Source: a virus (lineage: Duplodnaviria > Caudoviricetes). From it: a stretch of DNA of 58,437 bases. This document shows positions 49,649 to 58,248 of the stretch, one piece after another. Position numbers and translations under genes: made by a program. Within the stretch, counting starts at the first letter, position 1, and each line of letters starts with the position of its first letter. The notes below the pieces were generated by a model. That model made no database searches. It worked only from the letters and a program-made list of their open reading frames with translations, and had not been told where the DNA came from. The DNA is taken from positions 1 through 58,437 of the IMG/VR virus record IMGVR_UViG_3300037336_000026. One strand, given 5' to 3'.

Positions 49649-49664
49649 CTATTAGGTACCGGCT
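49649..49664 (-). promoter_or_regulatory. phage RNAP promoter-like motif upstream of the replication operon
   Basis: AGCCGGTACCTAATAG, intergenic. Confidence 0.8.
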
Positions 49665-49674
49665 GTATGTGTTA

Positions 49675-49980
49675 TTATATGTTTTCCTTTGGCTTAGCAC
49701 CTGACAACTCAGACATTTTAGCTAGTAACTCATCCAGACCTTCAGTCATAAGTGCTCGGCAGCAGCTAATGATTATTGGGTTGAATAGTCTACCACCTGA
49801 ACTCTCTTCGACACGGTTTAAGTATTTATCGAAGAAAACTTTAACACATTCTCTTAATTCAGCGTCACGTTCCTCCTGTTGCATTTCATCAGCTATTGCC
49901 TCAAACTCTTTATTAGTTAGTTGTTCTGGCTTTGCATCGTTCAGCTCATCAATTGATTGTTTTAGTTCTTCATCAGTCAT
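49675..49980 (-). CDS. hypothetical protein
   Basis: 101 aa, AGGAG RBS. Confidence 0.7.
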   Translation of the reverse strand: MTDEELKQSIDELNDAKPEQLTNKEFEAIADEMQQEERDAELRECVKVFFDKYLNRVEESSGGRLFNPIIISCCRALMTEGLDELLAKMSELSGAKPKENI

Positions 49981-50084
49981 TGCTTCTCCTTACTTAATTG
50001 CATTATGAAAATAACTCTACGACTTTAGCTAACACATGACCAATAGATAGCCCAGTAATAAACATCATTACGTTTATTAACAAT

Positions 50085-50327
50085 TTAGAATATGTCATAT
50101 TCAGACTCCTTAATGTGACCTAGTTTAATGAGTATTGCTTTTACTTCGGCGGGTAACACTGCTACACCATCATACTCTAGTAGCTGCACCTCGTTGTTAA
50201 ACCACAATCCACCTGCGGAGTCTTCACCTAGTTCTTTATGCTCGAAGTATCCGTAGTTTTCAGTTGATGAGATATCTATTGTGTAAGAGTTTGTATTTAG
50301 GACTACATCAAAATTGTATTCAGACAT
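50085..50327 (-). CDS. hypothetical protein
   Basis: 80 aa, GGLWF..EYDGV.LP motif. Confidence 0.7.
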   Translation of the reverse strand: MSEYNFDVVLNTNSYTIDISSTENYGYFEHKELGEDSAGGLWFNNEVQLLEYDGVAVLPAEVKAILIKLGHIKESEYDIF

Positions 50328-50328
50328 A

Positions 50329-50934
50329 TTAATCTTTCCTTAGGTTGTTAGACAGGTTGTAGTACATACCTGATTTAGTAGCTTTTAGTTGCATTATTAG
50401 CATAGTTTCTAGCTCAAGCATTTCTTCATCAGTACCATAGGCTAGTATAGTACGGGTGAAGTCAGTAGGGCTATCCTCAAGCTCTTTAAGAAGTGTTTCA
50501 GATGAACATAGGTATCCATCGTCAGGACTACCTTTATGTTTACCGATATACTTCTTATCATTGAGATCAATCCACATATATACGAATGCTTCACCTTCCT
50601 CTCTACTGGGTATGTTTTCTTCTTTGATTGGTTCATTCTTGTCGTTACCTTCAAGATGATTAACCCAGATATCCTTAACATACGCCAGCATGTGATCACC
50701 CTTAGGTGCTCGCCATAGTACTACAAAGGAATCTGTACCTTCATTAGAACATAAGAAGTCATAGACCCATTTGTTATGTAAACCGTAGTATTCAGTACCA
50801 TCGATTGTAACCTTGATCATAAGCTTATCTGAAGCAGAGGTATAAGTCTCAACTTCATTTACCTTACACTCAAATATATCGAAGTATTTATTATTACCAG
50901 CTACATATCTTGTGATAGTGTTTACAAGTTTCAT
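50329..50934 (-). CDS. protein with C-terminal GIY-YIG-like domain
   Basis: FVYMW...KKYIGKHKG..DGYLCSS..YYN. Confidence 0.65.
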   Translation of the reverse strand: MKLVNTITRYVAGNNKYFDIFECKVNEVETYTSASDKLMIKVTIDGTEYYGLHNKWVYDFLCSNEGTDSFVVLWRAPKGDHMLAYVKDIWVNHLEGNDKNEPIKEENIPSREEGEAFVYMWIDLNDKKYIGKHKGSPDDGYLCSSETLLKELEDSPTDFTRTILAYGTDEEMLELETMLIMQLKATKSGMYYNLSNNLRKD

Positions 50935-50973
50935 TTTAACCTTTCTAACTTTTACTGCGGATATTTTGTCCTA

Positions 50974-51321
50974 TTACTTATGTTCGTACATCGCTTTAAC
51001 TAAGTGGTAGAACTTAATCAACTCTTTGTCATACTTACAAGCCCAGTCTACCACCTCACCCTCCGGCTTGTAACTCTCATCCTGCCACATACAGAATCCA
51101 GCCTCTTCAGCCAAGTCTTTAATCTCCTCTGTGAACTCTAGGTCAGCTTCATAATCAGGTGCTAGTTTCTTAGCCTCACCAATCCCCGCCTGAATAGCAG
51201 TGAGGATTCCTAACCGCGTCAAGGCTGCTAGTGCTTCTGGTGGGAAGTCAAACTGGTATACAGCACTGCCATCTTCGTTATCACGTAACAAGGTTACGTT
51301 GCCCGTTCCTTCATCATTCAT
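50974..51321 (-). CDS. hypothetical protein
   Basis: ATG at 51321 after GGAGG. Confidence 0.65.
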   Translation of the reverse strand: MNDEGTGNVTLLRDNEDGSAVYQFDFPPEALAALTRLGILTAIQAGIGEAKKLAPDYEADLEFTEEIKDLAEEAGFCMWQDESYKPEGEVVDWACKYDKELIKFYHLVKAMYEHK

Positions 51322-51538
51322 TTGTGTATCCTCCAAAATAATCAATAATAACACTAATAGCGTTTATTCGTTTGTTAATTTCTACAATGTCTTTTTTCTT
51401 GTCTAGCTCAAAGACGGCGCACCCTTCGTTTTGTTTTCTACGGGATAAATCATGCTGTAAGTTTTCTAGTGTCTCCTTTAAGTTGGAAACAGTAATTTTA
51501 TCTGCATCATCATAACATATTGTTAATCTAAAGTCCAT
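51314..51538 (-). CDS. hypothetical protein
   Basis: 74-aa ORF in a tight array. Confidence 0.65.
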   Translation of the reverse strand: MDFRLTICYDDADKITVSNLKETLENLQHDLSRRKQNEGCAVFELDKKKDIVEINKRINAISVIIDYFGGYTNE

Positions 51539-51541
51539 AAG

Positions 51542-51742
51542 TCACCACTCACTTTCATCAGCAACATTAACAGTCATCGTAGTACAGAGACCATTGTATA
51601 CTGTCACCCAACTCATTGTTATGATAGACCCGATACCTGAGCTGCTATCACATTCAATGTTTATGTCAGATACAATGTTGTTTAGTTCTACAACCTCGTT
51701 AATCTTTTCTATATCTCTAGGTAGTAATGTTATTTTACTCAT
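51542..51742 (-). CDS. hypothetical protein
   Basis: 66 aa, DSSSGIGS motif. Confidence 0.65.
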   Translation of the reverse strand: MSKITLLPRDIEKINEVVELNNIVSDINIECDSSSGIGSIITMSWVTVYNGLCTTMTVNVADESEW

Positions 51743-51744
51743 AG

Positions 51745-51957
51745 TTATTCTACTTCAAAATGTTGTTTAATCTTGCTCACGGTCAGAATATCGTATCCTT
51801 CTGAGCAAGGTTGTTCATCGCTCCACACATTCACAACACCCACACATTCCTGCACAATCGATTCAGCAAACGATTGTAGGCATAATTGAAAATGAGGGTT
51901 AGGCTCTATGTCTAAACTCCAAACCTTATCAGCAAGTTTTTTAATTCGTTCGTTCAT
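51745..51957 (-). CDS. hypothetical protein
   Basis: MNERIKKLA...IKQHFEVE. Confidence 0.65.
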   Translation of the reverse strand: MNERIKKLADKVWSLDIEPNPHFQLCLQSFAESIVQECVGVVNVWSDEQPCSEGYDILTVSKIKQHFEVE

Positions 51958-52235
51958 GTTGTTTCCCTTAATTCTTTTCGTAAGCGTGTATGAAAATCTT
52001 TTTCGCTATCATCCCCAGACACTAGCCAATCTACCCGTCTAACATATATATAAGATTGCCTCAACATCTCGACTGCGGTTTGAAATGCCGAAATAGTTTC
52101 TGCTGTATAGTTATGACCTGTAACATCTCCCCACTCATTCCACTCTCCATTATCATTATCTACAATTAGTTGCTCAATGTCGTCAGCAATTTGAGTTAAT
52201 TGATACTGTGTGTAATTAAAATGTCCGCCGCTCAT
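51954..52235 (-). CDS. hypothetical protein
   Basis: MSGGHFNY...DWLVSGDD; GGAGGA RBS. Confidence 0.75.
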   Translation of the reverse strand: MSGGHFNYTQYQLTQIADDIEQLIVDNDNGEWNEWGDVTGHNYTAETISAFQTAVEMLRQSYIYVRRVDWLVSGDDSEKDFHTRLRKELRETT

Positions 52236-52261
52236 AATCCTCCTCCTTTACCAGTAGTAAC

Positions 52262-52567
52262 CTAAACACTGCGTCTTGCGCGTACGCTGTCGGCGCACCA
52301 GTTGGCGGCAACCATTTCAGGAGCATCGTCTGCGTGTTTGTAACGGGCCACGATTTCGTCACACATCTTTGCACATGTCTCACGCTCTTCCCTGATCACA
52401 TCTTCAATGCACACTTGCCACAACTGTGAATGCTTGTTGTTGTAGTCGTCCACGACAAGGGCGGCAAAATGCTCCAAGTCCTCAATAGCCAAGCTGTGTT
52501 CTTCTATATTCATGTGGCAGTGAAGTTCCGCCTCTTTTGCCATGCGAATAATGTCATCGCGGGTCAT
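52262..52567 (-). CDS. hypothetical protein
   Basis: MTRDDIIRMA...ERETCAK. Confidence 0.7.
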   Translation of the reverse strand: MTRDDIIRMAKEAELHCHMNIEEHSLAIEDLEHFAALVVDDYNNKHSQLWQVCIEDVIREERETCAKMCDEIVARYKHADDAPEMVAANWCADSVRARRSV

Positions 52568-52743
52568 GTGTTCTTCTCCCGCAACCTAGCTTCAACTCCC
52601 TCAGCAACACCCTTACCGCTACACCATAGTTGGTAGCCTTCTCTATAATTTGTATTGTTATCAACAATCTGCTCCATCTCCCCCTCGGTTAATCCAACCC
52701 AAGGCTTATGTCTGTATTGATCCATGTTGTGGTCTCCGCTCAT
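52564..52743 (-). CDS. hypothetical protein (59 aa)
   Basis: manually found ...PWVGLTEGE...EARLREKNT; AAGGAG RBS. Confidence 0.6.
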   Translation of the reverse strand: MSGDHNMDQYRHKPWVGLTEGEMEQIVDNNTNYREGYQLWCSGKGVAEGVEARLREKNT

Positions 52744-52758
52744 TTTTCACTCCTTGTT

Positions 52759-52950
52759 TTAATCAAATTGGTTATGTTCTATATATTTCATTTCAAGATA
52801 ATTTATTAGTCTACAGTCAATAATAGATACGATGTTTAAATTACTATCATCGAGATAAACTTCTTCTAAACTACATGTACCTAGGTCGTGGTCATATTCA
52901 AAGTTACATTTGGCGCTTATTCCAGCTTCAAGTTCCATTTTCATTTTCAT
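52759..52950 (-). CDS. hypothetical protein
   Basis: 63-aa ORF in array. Confidence 0.55.
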   Translation of the reverse strand: MKMKMELEAGISAKCNFEYDHDLGTCSLEEVYLDDSNLNIVSIIDCRLINYLEMKYIEHNQFD

Positions 52951-53317
52951 ACTCCATGTTAACTATACGAGGTATTTTATCGAAGACCTCTAACGCAGTT
53001 AGTTTACCTTTATAAACTGGATTGTTAGTAAACTTCTTTACGAAGGTGCTGTTTTCATAAGGGTTGTAGGTTATTATATCACCTTTAAACATTTTACCTA
53101 TTGTACCAACATCGATTAGTGTTCCAGTTACACCAGCATGTACGTTCTTTTTTCTTTCACGGATTACCCTTTGACGACCAGCCTCAGATATTTTGAACTG
53201 AGTATGATCTAATACGATTGAATGGCTATAACCTATAACCTTACCTTTACTAGCGCCCTCTAGTGACTTAACACTAAAGAGGCGCTTGTGTAGGTTGAAG
53301 TACACAAACACCTTCAT
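52928..53317 (-). CDS. conserved phage hypothetical protein
   Basis: MKVFVYFNLHK..GRQRV..KNVHAGV..YNPY; AGGAG RBS. Confidence 0.8.
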   Translation of the reverse strand: MKVFVYFNLHKRLFSVKSLEGASKGKVIGYSHSIVLDHTQFKISEAGRQRVIRERKKNVHAGVTGTLIDVGTIGKMFKGDIITYNPYENSTFVKKFTNNPVYKGKLTALEVFDKIPRIVNMEYENENGT

Positions 53318-53331
53318 GACTCACTCCTTAG

Positions 53332-53811
53332 TTATTTCCAACCAGCTTCTACTTTACCAGTACGATAGTAGTTAGCTAGGCATTGTGCATACCAAGAGAT
53401 TTTAGTAGCGTCTTGCTGTTTAGAATCTTTCTTCCCTAAGCGCATAGAGTACTTATAGATTTGACCTAATAGATGAGCTTCAACACCTGAATACCCTTCA
53501 AGTAGATCCTGCATTAACTCGATATACTGTTTACCAGCAGCTACACTTTTATAATGATCAGGGTTGATAGCATCTCTCTGTCGGTCTTGTATTGCATTGA
53601 TCGTATTAATAGCTATCATAGCTTCTTCTGCTTCAGGGTCAAGATCAGGGTAGTTTAAATTAGCTCTCATTACTTCTTCCTTTTCATCATCAATAATAGG
53701 TTGATTGTACCATAAGTTAGCAGATTTTAACCACTTACTAGATGTCATTTCGTCATAGAAATCATTTTGAGCTGTATACATCGCCATTTTCCTTAATCTT
53801 TTCATCTTCAT
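53332..53811 (-). CDS. DUF3310-like protein
   Basis: INPDHY...KY..RLGKK...D..KISWY. Confidence 0.7.
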   Translation of the reverse strand: MKMKRLRKMAMYTAQNDFYDEMTSSKWLKSANLWYNQPIIDDEKEEVMRANLNYPDLDPEAEEAMIAINTINAIQDRQRDAINPDHYKSVAAGKQYIELMQDLLEGYSGVEAHLLGQIYKYSMRLGKKDSKQQDATKISWYAQCLANYYRTGKVEAGWK

Positions 53812-54022
53812 ACGGGGAAACTAACCTACGGTACATCTCAAGCTTACAGCTCTCTAAGGCACCGACTACATCATTCATTGTAGCATATCGCTCTCCTTTA
53901 TTTGAAAGATAGTCTAGACAGACTATTGTTAAGGTATAATTAAGCTCACCTGCATCATTAGGCATACGATCTCGGTAGTCAATTCTTACTTCTGCTCGTT
54001 GGTCTTTTGTTATGTATGGCAT
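53762..54022 (-). CDS. conserved phage hypothetical protein
   Basis: MPYI..GELNY..KLEMYRR..PYEDEKIKENGDV. Confidence 0.8.
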   Translation of the reverse strand: MPYITKDQRAEVRIDYRDRMPNDAGELNYTLTIVCLDYLSNKGERYATMNDVVGALESCKLEMYRRLVSPYEDEKIKENGDVYSSK

Positions 54023-54113
54023 TTTAGTTCCTAAAGTTGTAGTTTCTTTTTACTGAAGATTATAGTGAATAGCATATAGAATGATATCAGAGTCAACAAT
54101 ACAAAGAAAAATT

Positions 54114-54524
54114 TCACAGATATTCCTCAATCAAGGTTTCACAGGCTTTATCTACAGTAGATCGCCACTCGGTAACTAACGACTCAAAGAAAGGGTGTAT
54201 ATGATCACTCTCTGCTTTGAATGCTACAACGGGCTTACCTAAGGTATGTGCTGCGTAGAACACTTCCATAGCTGTACCGTGTTTAGCTAGTTTTGGGTCA
54301 TTGAGGTTTACTAATAGTATATCCGCTTCACGAATATCTCTTAAGTCTAACTCGAAGATACGTTTCATGTAACGTGTTTCGAAGTTATGTAACCTACGGC
54401 ATGGGTCAAGGATATCGTAATGATCTTGTAGCATAGACTTAGCTATGTTACGCCAACCACTTGCTTCTTCTATAGAAACATGTTCCATGCTTCCTGCCAG
54501 ATAGATAGTTCTCCTTTTATTCAT
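54114..54524 (-). CDS. nucleoside 2-deoxyribosyltransferase-like protein
   Basis: IYLAGSM..WR..DLRDIREADILLV..GTAMEV..GKPVV. Confidence 0.85.
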   Translation of the reverse strand: MNKRRTIYLAGSMEHVSIEEASGWRNIAKSMLQDHYDILDPCRRLHNFETRYMKRIFELDLRDIREADILLVNLNDPKLAKHGTAMEVFYAAHTLGKPVVAFKAESDHIHPFFESLVTEWRSTVDKACETLIEEYL

Positions 54525-55040
54525 TGTTATCATCTGACATATCAACGAACATTGTCATAGATAAGGCTTCTAAGACCCAATCAACGGTAACACCAAGGTG
54601 TTCTGCAATAGCCTCTGTTGCTGCTCCTCTTATGTGCATTTGATGGATTGCTAGGTGTAGGTCGCTCATAATACTCATGATTTTTCCTTAGCTAAAGTAA
54701 GTTAGCAAGTTCATAACGTTAGGTGCTTGATCGTAAAAGAAATTACTTTCTAGGCACTCGATTTTAACCCATATTAGGGTCTCTTCTGATACAAAATAAC
54801 AACCTGTTACGGTTTCTCCTATAGTCTCAGTGATTGTAACATTTGTCATATAGTTACCTTTAAAGCTTCTGGTGAGTTATATACAGCGAACAGATAGATG
54901 GTTGTTTGTTCTTCGTTTTCATGTGTTATTACAAGTTCTCTGCTCTGTGAGTTTACATTATTTTCACTAACTGATCCGAAGTCTACGTTAGTTACGTTGT
55001 GGAAGCTGATATCTATTGACATGATTAACCTTTAGCTGAG

Positions 55041-55088
55041 AAAAAAATACCTCAAGAGAGACCCTGTATTTAAGGTCTCTCAAGAGAT
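55041..55088 (-). terminator. intrinsic terminator after SSB gene
   Basis: long hairpin (GAGAGACC..GGTCTCTC) followed by a T7 run on the minus strand. Confidence 0.8.
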
Positions 55089-55091
55089 AGT

Positions 55092-55613
55092 TTAGAACAT
55101 TACGTCTTCGTCTGTTTCTGTTGATGCTGCAACACCTTCAGGCATTTCTTCATCAAAGTCCACAAAGTTAGTGTTCTTTGGTTCGTACTTAATCAACTCA
55201 ACTACTTGTACAGCAGTCAGCATTGTAGAGGTACCTTCTTTAGTTACTTTACCGTTAGGAGATTTGATTTGGTATTCTTGCTGGAATACAATCACATTAC
55301 CTACAGAGCCATTACCGATGGTCTTAGAGTCTATATTTTTCTTTGCGCAATCTACAACTCGTACCTTAGCAGCATCAGAGCCATCACGCTTTAAAGCTTT
55401 CTTCTTCAGTTGGATTGCTACGGTACCGGGTTCGAAACCAGCTTTAATCTTACCGAACATAGCCAATTCTTTCTCACGCTTTTTAGGAGCTTGGATAGAT
55501 AATTCCCATTGGTCGGTACCGAAGGGTGATACTGGCTTGTCTAACTTAGCCCAAAAGAGTTTTACTTCTTTGATCATTACGTTAGAACCGGTGTTGTTTG
55601 TTGAATCAGTCAT
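55092..55613 (-). CDS. single-stranded DNA-binding protein (T7 gp2.5-like)
   Basis: IGNGSVGNV, LTAVQVVELIKY, acidic tail ending in Phe. Confidence 0.85.
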   Translation of the reverse strand: MTDSTNNTGSNVMIKEVKLFWAKLDKPVSPFGTDQWELSIQAPKKREKELAMFGKIKAGFEPGTVAIQLKKKALKRDGSDAAKVRVVDCAKKNIDSKTIGNGSVGNVIVFQQEYQIKSPNGKVTKEGTSTMLTAVQVVELIKYEPKNTNFVDFDEEMPEGVAASTETDEDVMF

Positions 55614-55656
55614 TTTGTGTCTTTCAGTGGAAGGTTTAATTTGCGAATAGTTCGCT

Positions 55657-55672
55657 AGATGGTACCTAATAG
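55657..55672 (+). promoter_or_regulatory. phage RNAP promoter-like motif for the lone + strand gene
   Basis: AGATGGTACCTAATAG, 1 mismatch. Confidence 0.75.
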
Positions 55673-55700
55673 AGAATAAACCCTATTAAAAAGGAACCAT

Positions 55701-56102
55701 ATGTCAGGTGGAAAATCAAGAAACGTTAATTCATTAGCTAACCTGAAGCTCATAACTTCAGAGACAGCTAGGATTAACCAAAAGAAAAGCACTCAGTCAC
55801 GACTAGCAAATATTCAAGCAAGAGAAGCTTTCAAATTCTCTGCTAAGAACTTTGCACAGGTCATGAAGGATTTACCAGAAATGTCCTCGTTGGATGTTAT
55901 CAAAATGGCTATGCTGCAAGCCCTTCAAGAGGATAACATTGAAGATGCAGCTCGTTATGCTAGTATGCTAGCAGAATACCAAGCACCTAAGCTACAGCGC
56001 ATAGAACAGAACACTACTACTAGGATATCTGATATGTCTGATGAAGACTTACAGAAGATTATTGATCAAGAAGGTCTTAAGAAAAACCTACCCGAAGAAT
56101 AA
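55701..56102 (+). CDS. putative terminase small subunit
   Basis: NSLANLK N-terminus, LAEYQAPKLQRIE, SDMSDEDL C-terminus; AAGGA RBS; own promoter and terminator. Confidence 0.55.
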   Translation: MSGGKSRNVNSLANLKLITSETARINQKKSTQSRLANIQAREAFKFSAKNFAQVMKDLPEMSSLDVIKMAMLQALQEDNIEDAARYASMLAEYQAPKLQRIEQNTTTRISDMSDEDLQKIIDQEGLKKNLPEE

Positions 56103-56111
56103 AATAACAAC

Positions 56112-56144
56112 AAGAGAATATATTATAAGTATATTCTCTTTTTT
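56112..56144 (+). terminator. intrinsic terminator
   Basis: AAGAGAATATA..TATATTCTCTT followed by a T-run. Confidence 0.75.
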
Positions 56145-56166
56145 ATCGTTACTTACTGGAAACTTC

Positions 56167-56182
56167 CTATTAGGTACCGTCT
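56167..56182 (-). promoter_or_regulatory. phage RNAP promoter-like motif
   Basis: AGACGGTACCTAATAG followed by GAAGTTTCCAGTAAG. Confidence 0.8.
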
Positions 56183-56335
56183 ATGTTCAAGTGTCAGCAG
56201 CACCTCCTTCATAAGCTTCAATAGCTTCCATTATCATAGGAGCATCGATACCTACATTTGGCATATAACTCCTTTGTAGTTCTTCATTGATGTAGTCAGA
56301 GATATACTCTGCTAGTTTTGGGTAATTCATTTCCA

Positions 56336-56662
56336 TTATGTATTCTCCAGTATGCTAAGTTGCTGTTCATCACACATGTCTCTGAATCTCTCGAAGTGGT
56401 TTTCTCCACAACATTGAAAGGTACTCTTTACTTCATTACAATAACAACAATACTCGGTATCATCGTCTAGTAACTCTTTTCTTGTATCCATATATACTTC
56501 CTTACTAACTTGTGATCTATAGATATATAACTCAGCTAATAACTCAGAGTTAAGTCTACGTAACCTACTTATATCATCAACTCTATCTTCTAGAGTAGAT
56601 TCTAGTAGAGTTATTCTATTAAGAAGGGATTGGTAGTTACTTCCCTTATTTAGTTCTATCAT
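56336..56662 (-). CDS. coiled-coil protein with Cys-rich C-terminus
   Basis: 108 aa, CCYC...CCGENH. Confidence 0.7.
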   Translation of the reverse strand: MIELNKGSNYQSLLNRITLLESTLEDRVDDISRLRRLNSELLAELYIYRSQVSKEVYMDTRKELLDDDTEYCCYCNEVKSTFQCCGENHFERFRDMCDEQQLSILENT

Positions 56663-56713
56663 AATATCTTCCCCTTATCTTGATATGTTAGGAGAGAGAG
56701 GTAACTACTACCC

Positions 56714-56853
56714 CTCTCTAGATAATACTCTCTAGATAATACTCTCAGGTTATATTCTCAGGTTATATTCTCAGGTTATATTCTCAGGTTATAGTTCCCT
56801 GTTAATAGTTCCTTGTTAATAACTATCTATTAATATTATCTATTAATAACTTC
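56714..56853. repeat. AT-rich 13-14 bp drifting tandem repeat (about 10 units)
   Basis: CTAGATAATACTCT x2, CAGGTTATATTCT x3, then CAGGTTATAGTTCC, CTGTTAATAGTTCC, TTGTTAATAACTAT, CTATTAATA... Confidence 0.85.
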
Positions 56854-56867
56854 TTACCGGAAACTTC

Positions 56868-56883
56868 CTATTAGGTACCGGCT
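56868..56883 (-). promoter_or_regulatory. phage RNAP promoter-like motif
   Basis: AGCCGGTACCTAATAG followed by GAAGTTTCCGGTAAG. Confidence 0.8.
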
Positions 56884-57077
56884 AATATTGACTCTACGTC
56901 AGTGGTAACGTCATCTAGTACTTTCTGTCGTGAACCTTTATAGCCTAGGTCTTTTAGTATCGCATAACTTGTACGTCCACTAGTCATACGTAGTCCTCGG
57001 ATCTCTAGCCTTAGAGCAGTTCTCAGAGTAGCTAGTCGGTAGTTCTCTATCTGTTGTATTTGAGTTAGTATAGTCAT
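56871..57077 (-). CDS. hypothetical protein
   Basis: 68 aa, LRLEIRGLRMTSGR. Confidence 0.7.
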   Translation of the reverse strand: MTILTQIQQIENYRLATLRTALRLEIRGLRMTSGRTSYAILKDLGYKGSRQKVLDDVTTDVESILAGT

Positions 57078-57098
57078 ATCTTACTTTCAAAATCTTAA

Positions 57099-57151
57099 AT
57101 TATCGGACAAACAAGCCGAGATTATCGGACAAACAAGTCGAGATTATCGGA
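57099..57151. repeat. 22-bp intergenic tandem repeat x2.4
   Basis: ATTATCGGACAAACAAG(C/T)CGAG. Confidence 0.9.
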
Positions 57152-57161
57152 GAATAATTCT

Positions 57162-57587
57162 TCATATCTTTCCTTTGTAGGTATTATTCAGTCCCCTGAA
57201 TAGTGTGTTTAGGAACCTTTGTAGCGCTTCCATAGACTGTGCATCTTGGACCTTCAGAAGCTTTATATAAGAGTTATGTAGGTTAACGTCTGTTGCGTAC
57301 AACTCTGAGGTAAACCGTTTAGAGGCACTTTCCAATGATATACATTCACTATCAAAGTAACTATCTAAGTATCTATCTAAGTACCTATCTATACTCTCGA
57401 TACAGGACTGACATGCCTCCTTGTAGGTTTCGTGGGTATCAACCTTTTGGTTGTATCCCCAAGCTAATTCTGTCGCTCGACAATGCGCTGTGAACTTACC
57501 AGCTTTGGGTGCCGAGTGGTGTTCTGGGTGGTACCACTCTACTGTGTAGTAGATGTCGCGGTGTGTTAGTTGTATTCCAGTTTGCAT
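57162..57587 (-). CDS. early hypothetical protein
   Basis: MQTGIQL start after AAGGA RBS. Confidence 0.65.
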   Translation of the reverse strand: MQTGIQLTHRDIYYTVEWYHPEHHSAPKAGKFTAHCRATELAWGYNQKVDTHETYKEACQSCIESIDRYLDRYLDSYFDSECISLESASKRFTSELYATDVNLHNSYIKLLKVQDAQSMEALQRFLNTLFRGLNNTYKGKI

Positions 57588-57767
57588 TATTTGTTTCCTT
57601 CTTTGTTTAACTTTTGATACCCGTACAAGATTTACCCATAAAACCTCCATCTAGCCACATTCCCAGCCGTAATTACCGTGTAGAACGTACACAGAGAACA
57701 GCAGAACGGTACCCAGACGAACTTTTTAAGGGTAATCTATACCTGAGGTATTCTTTGGGTAATTATC

Positions 57768-57989
57768 TCAAGAGAACCTCACTTTATTGTACACTTTACC
57801 GTCGAGAACTTCCCTGAAGAAGTTAGTATTACAGTCATTTTCTTCGAGTACTGACTTAAAGGCGATACTTACCTCGTTTATTGATCGTAAATGACCTGCC
57901 CAGTCGTGAGGTCTCCCGTAAGTTTCCTCGAAAGCTCCGATTAGGTCTAGATATGCGTTGATTAGCGCTTCTTGTTGTTCTTTATTCAT
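57768..57989 (-). CDS. early hypothetical protein
   Basis: MNKEQQ start after AGGAG. Confidence 0.6.
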   Translation of the reverse strand: MNKEQQEALINAYLDLIGAFEETYGRPHDWAGHLRSINEVSIAFKSVLEENDCNTNFFREVLDGKVYNKVRFS

Positions 57990-58237
57990 TAGTTTACTCC
58001 TATTTCTGGTGTCATATCGTACACATGGACGTATTCTATTACACATCCGTCTATATCTGCTGTGTTACAGAGGTTTTCCAGTGATAATAGTCGGTCTGAT
58101 ACAGCAAATACGTGAGTTACTCCTGCATAGTCTTTCGATAGTACAGCTTTACAGGCAAATTCTGCTAAAGCCTCTATAATTTCCTCCTGTGTTACGCCAA
58201 TGTTGTCTTCGCTGAGTGGTGTGAGTAGCATATACAT
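57989..58237 (-). CDS. early hypothetical protein
   Basis: 82 aa, AAGGA RBS. Confidence 0.65.
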   Translation of the reverse strand: MYMLLTPLSEDNIGVTQEEIIEALAEFACKAVLSKDYAGVTHVFAVSDRLLSLENLCNTADIDGCVIEYVHVYDMTPEIGVN

Positions 58238-58248
58238 GATAATGTTCC

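Noticed and set aside
57099-57151. possible mini-CRISPR array
   Set aside because: Repeats are directly adjacent with no spacers, and there are no cas genes
57700-57720. ninth promoter copy (GAACGGTACCCAGA)
   Set aside because: Lacks the TAATAG half and points against the local genes
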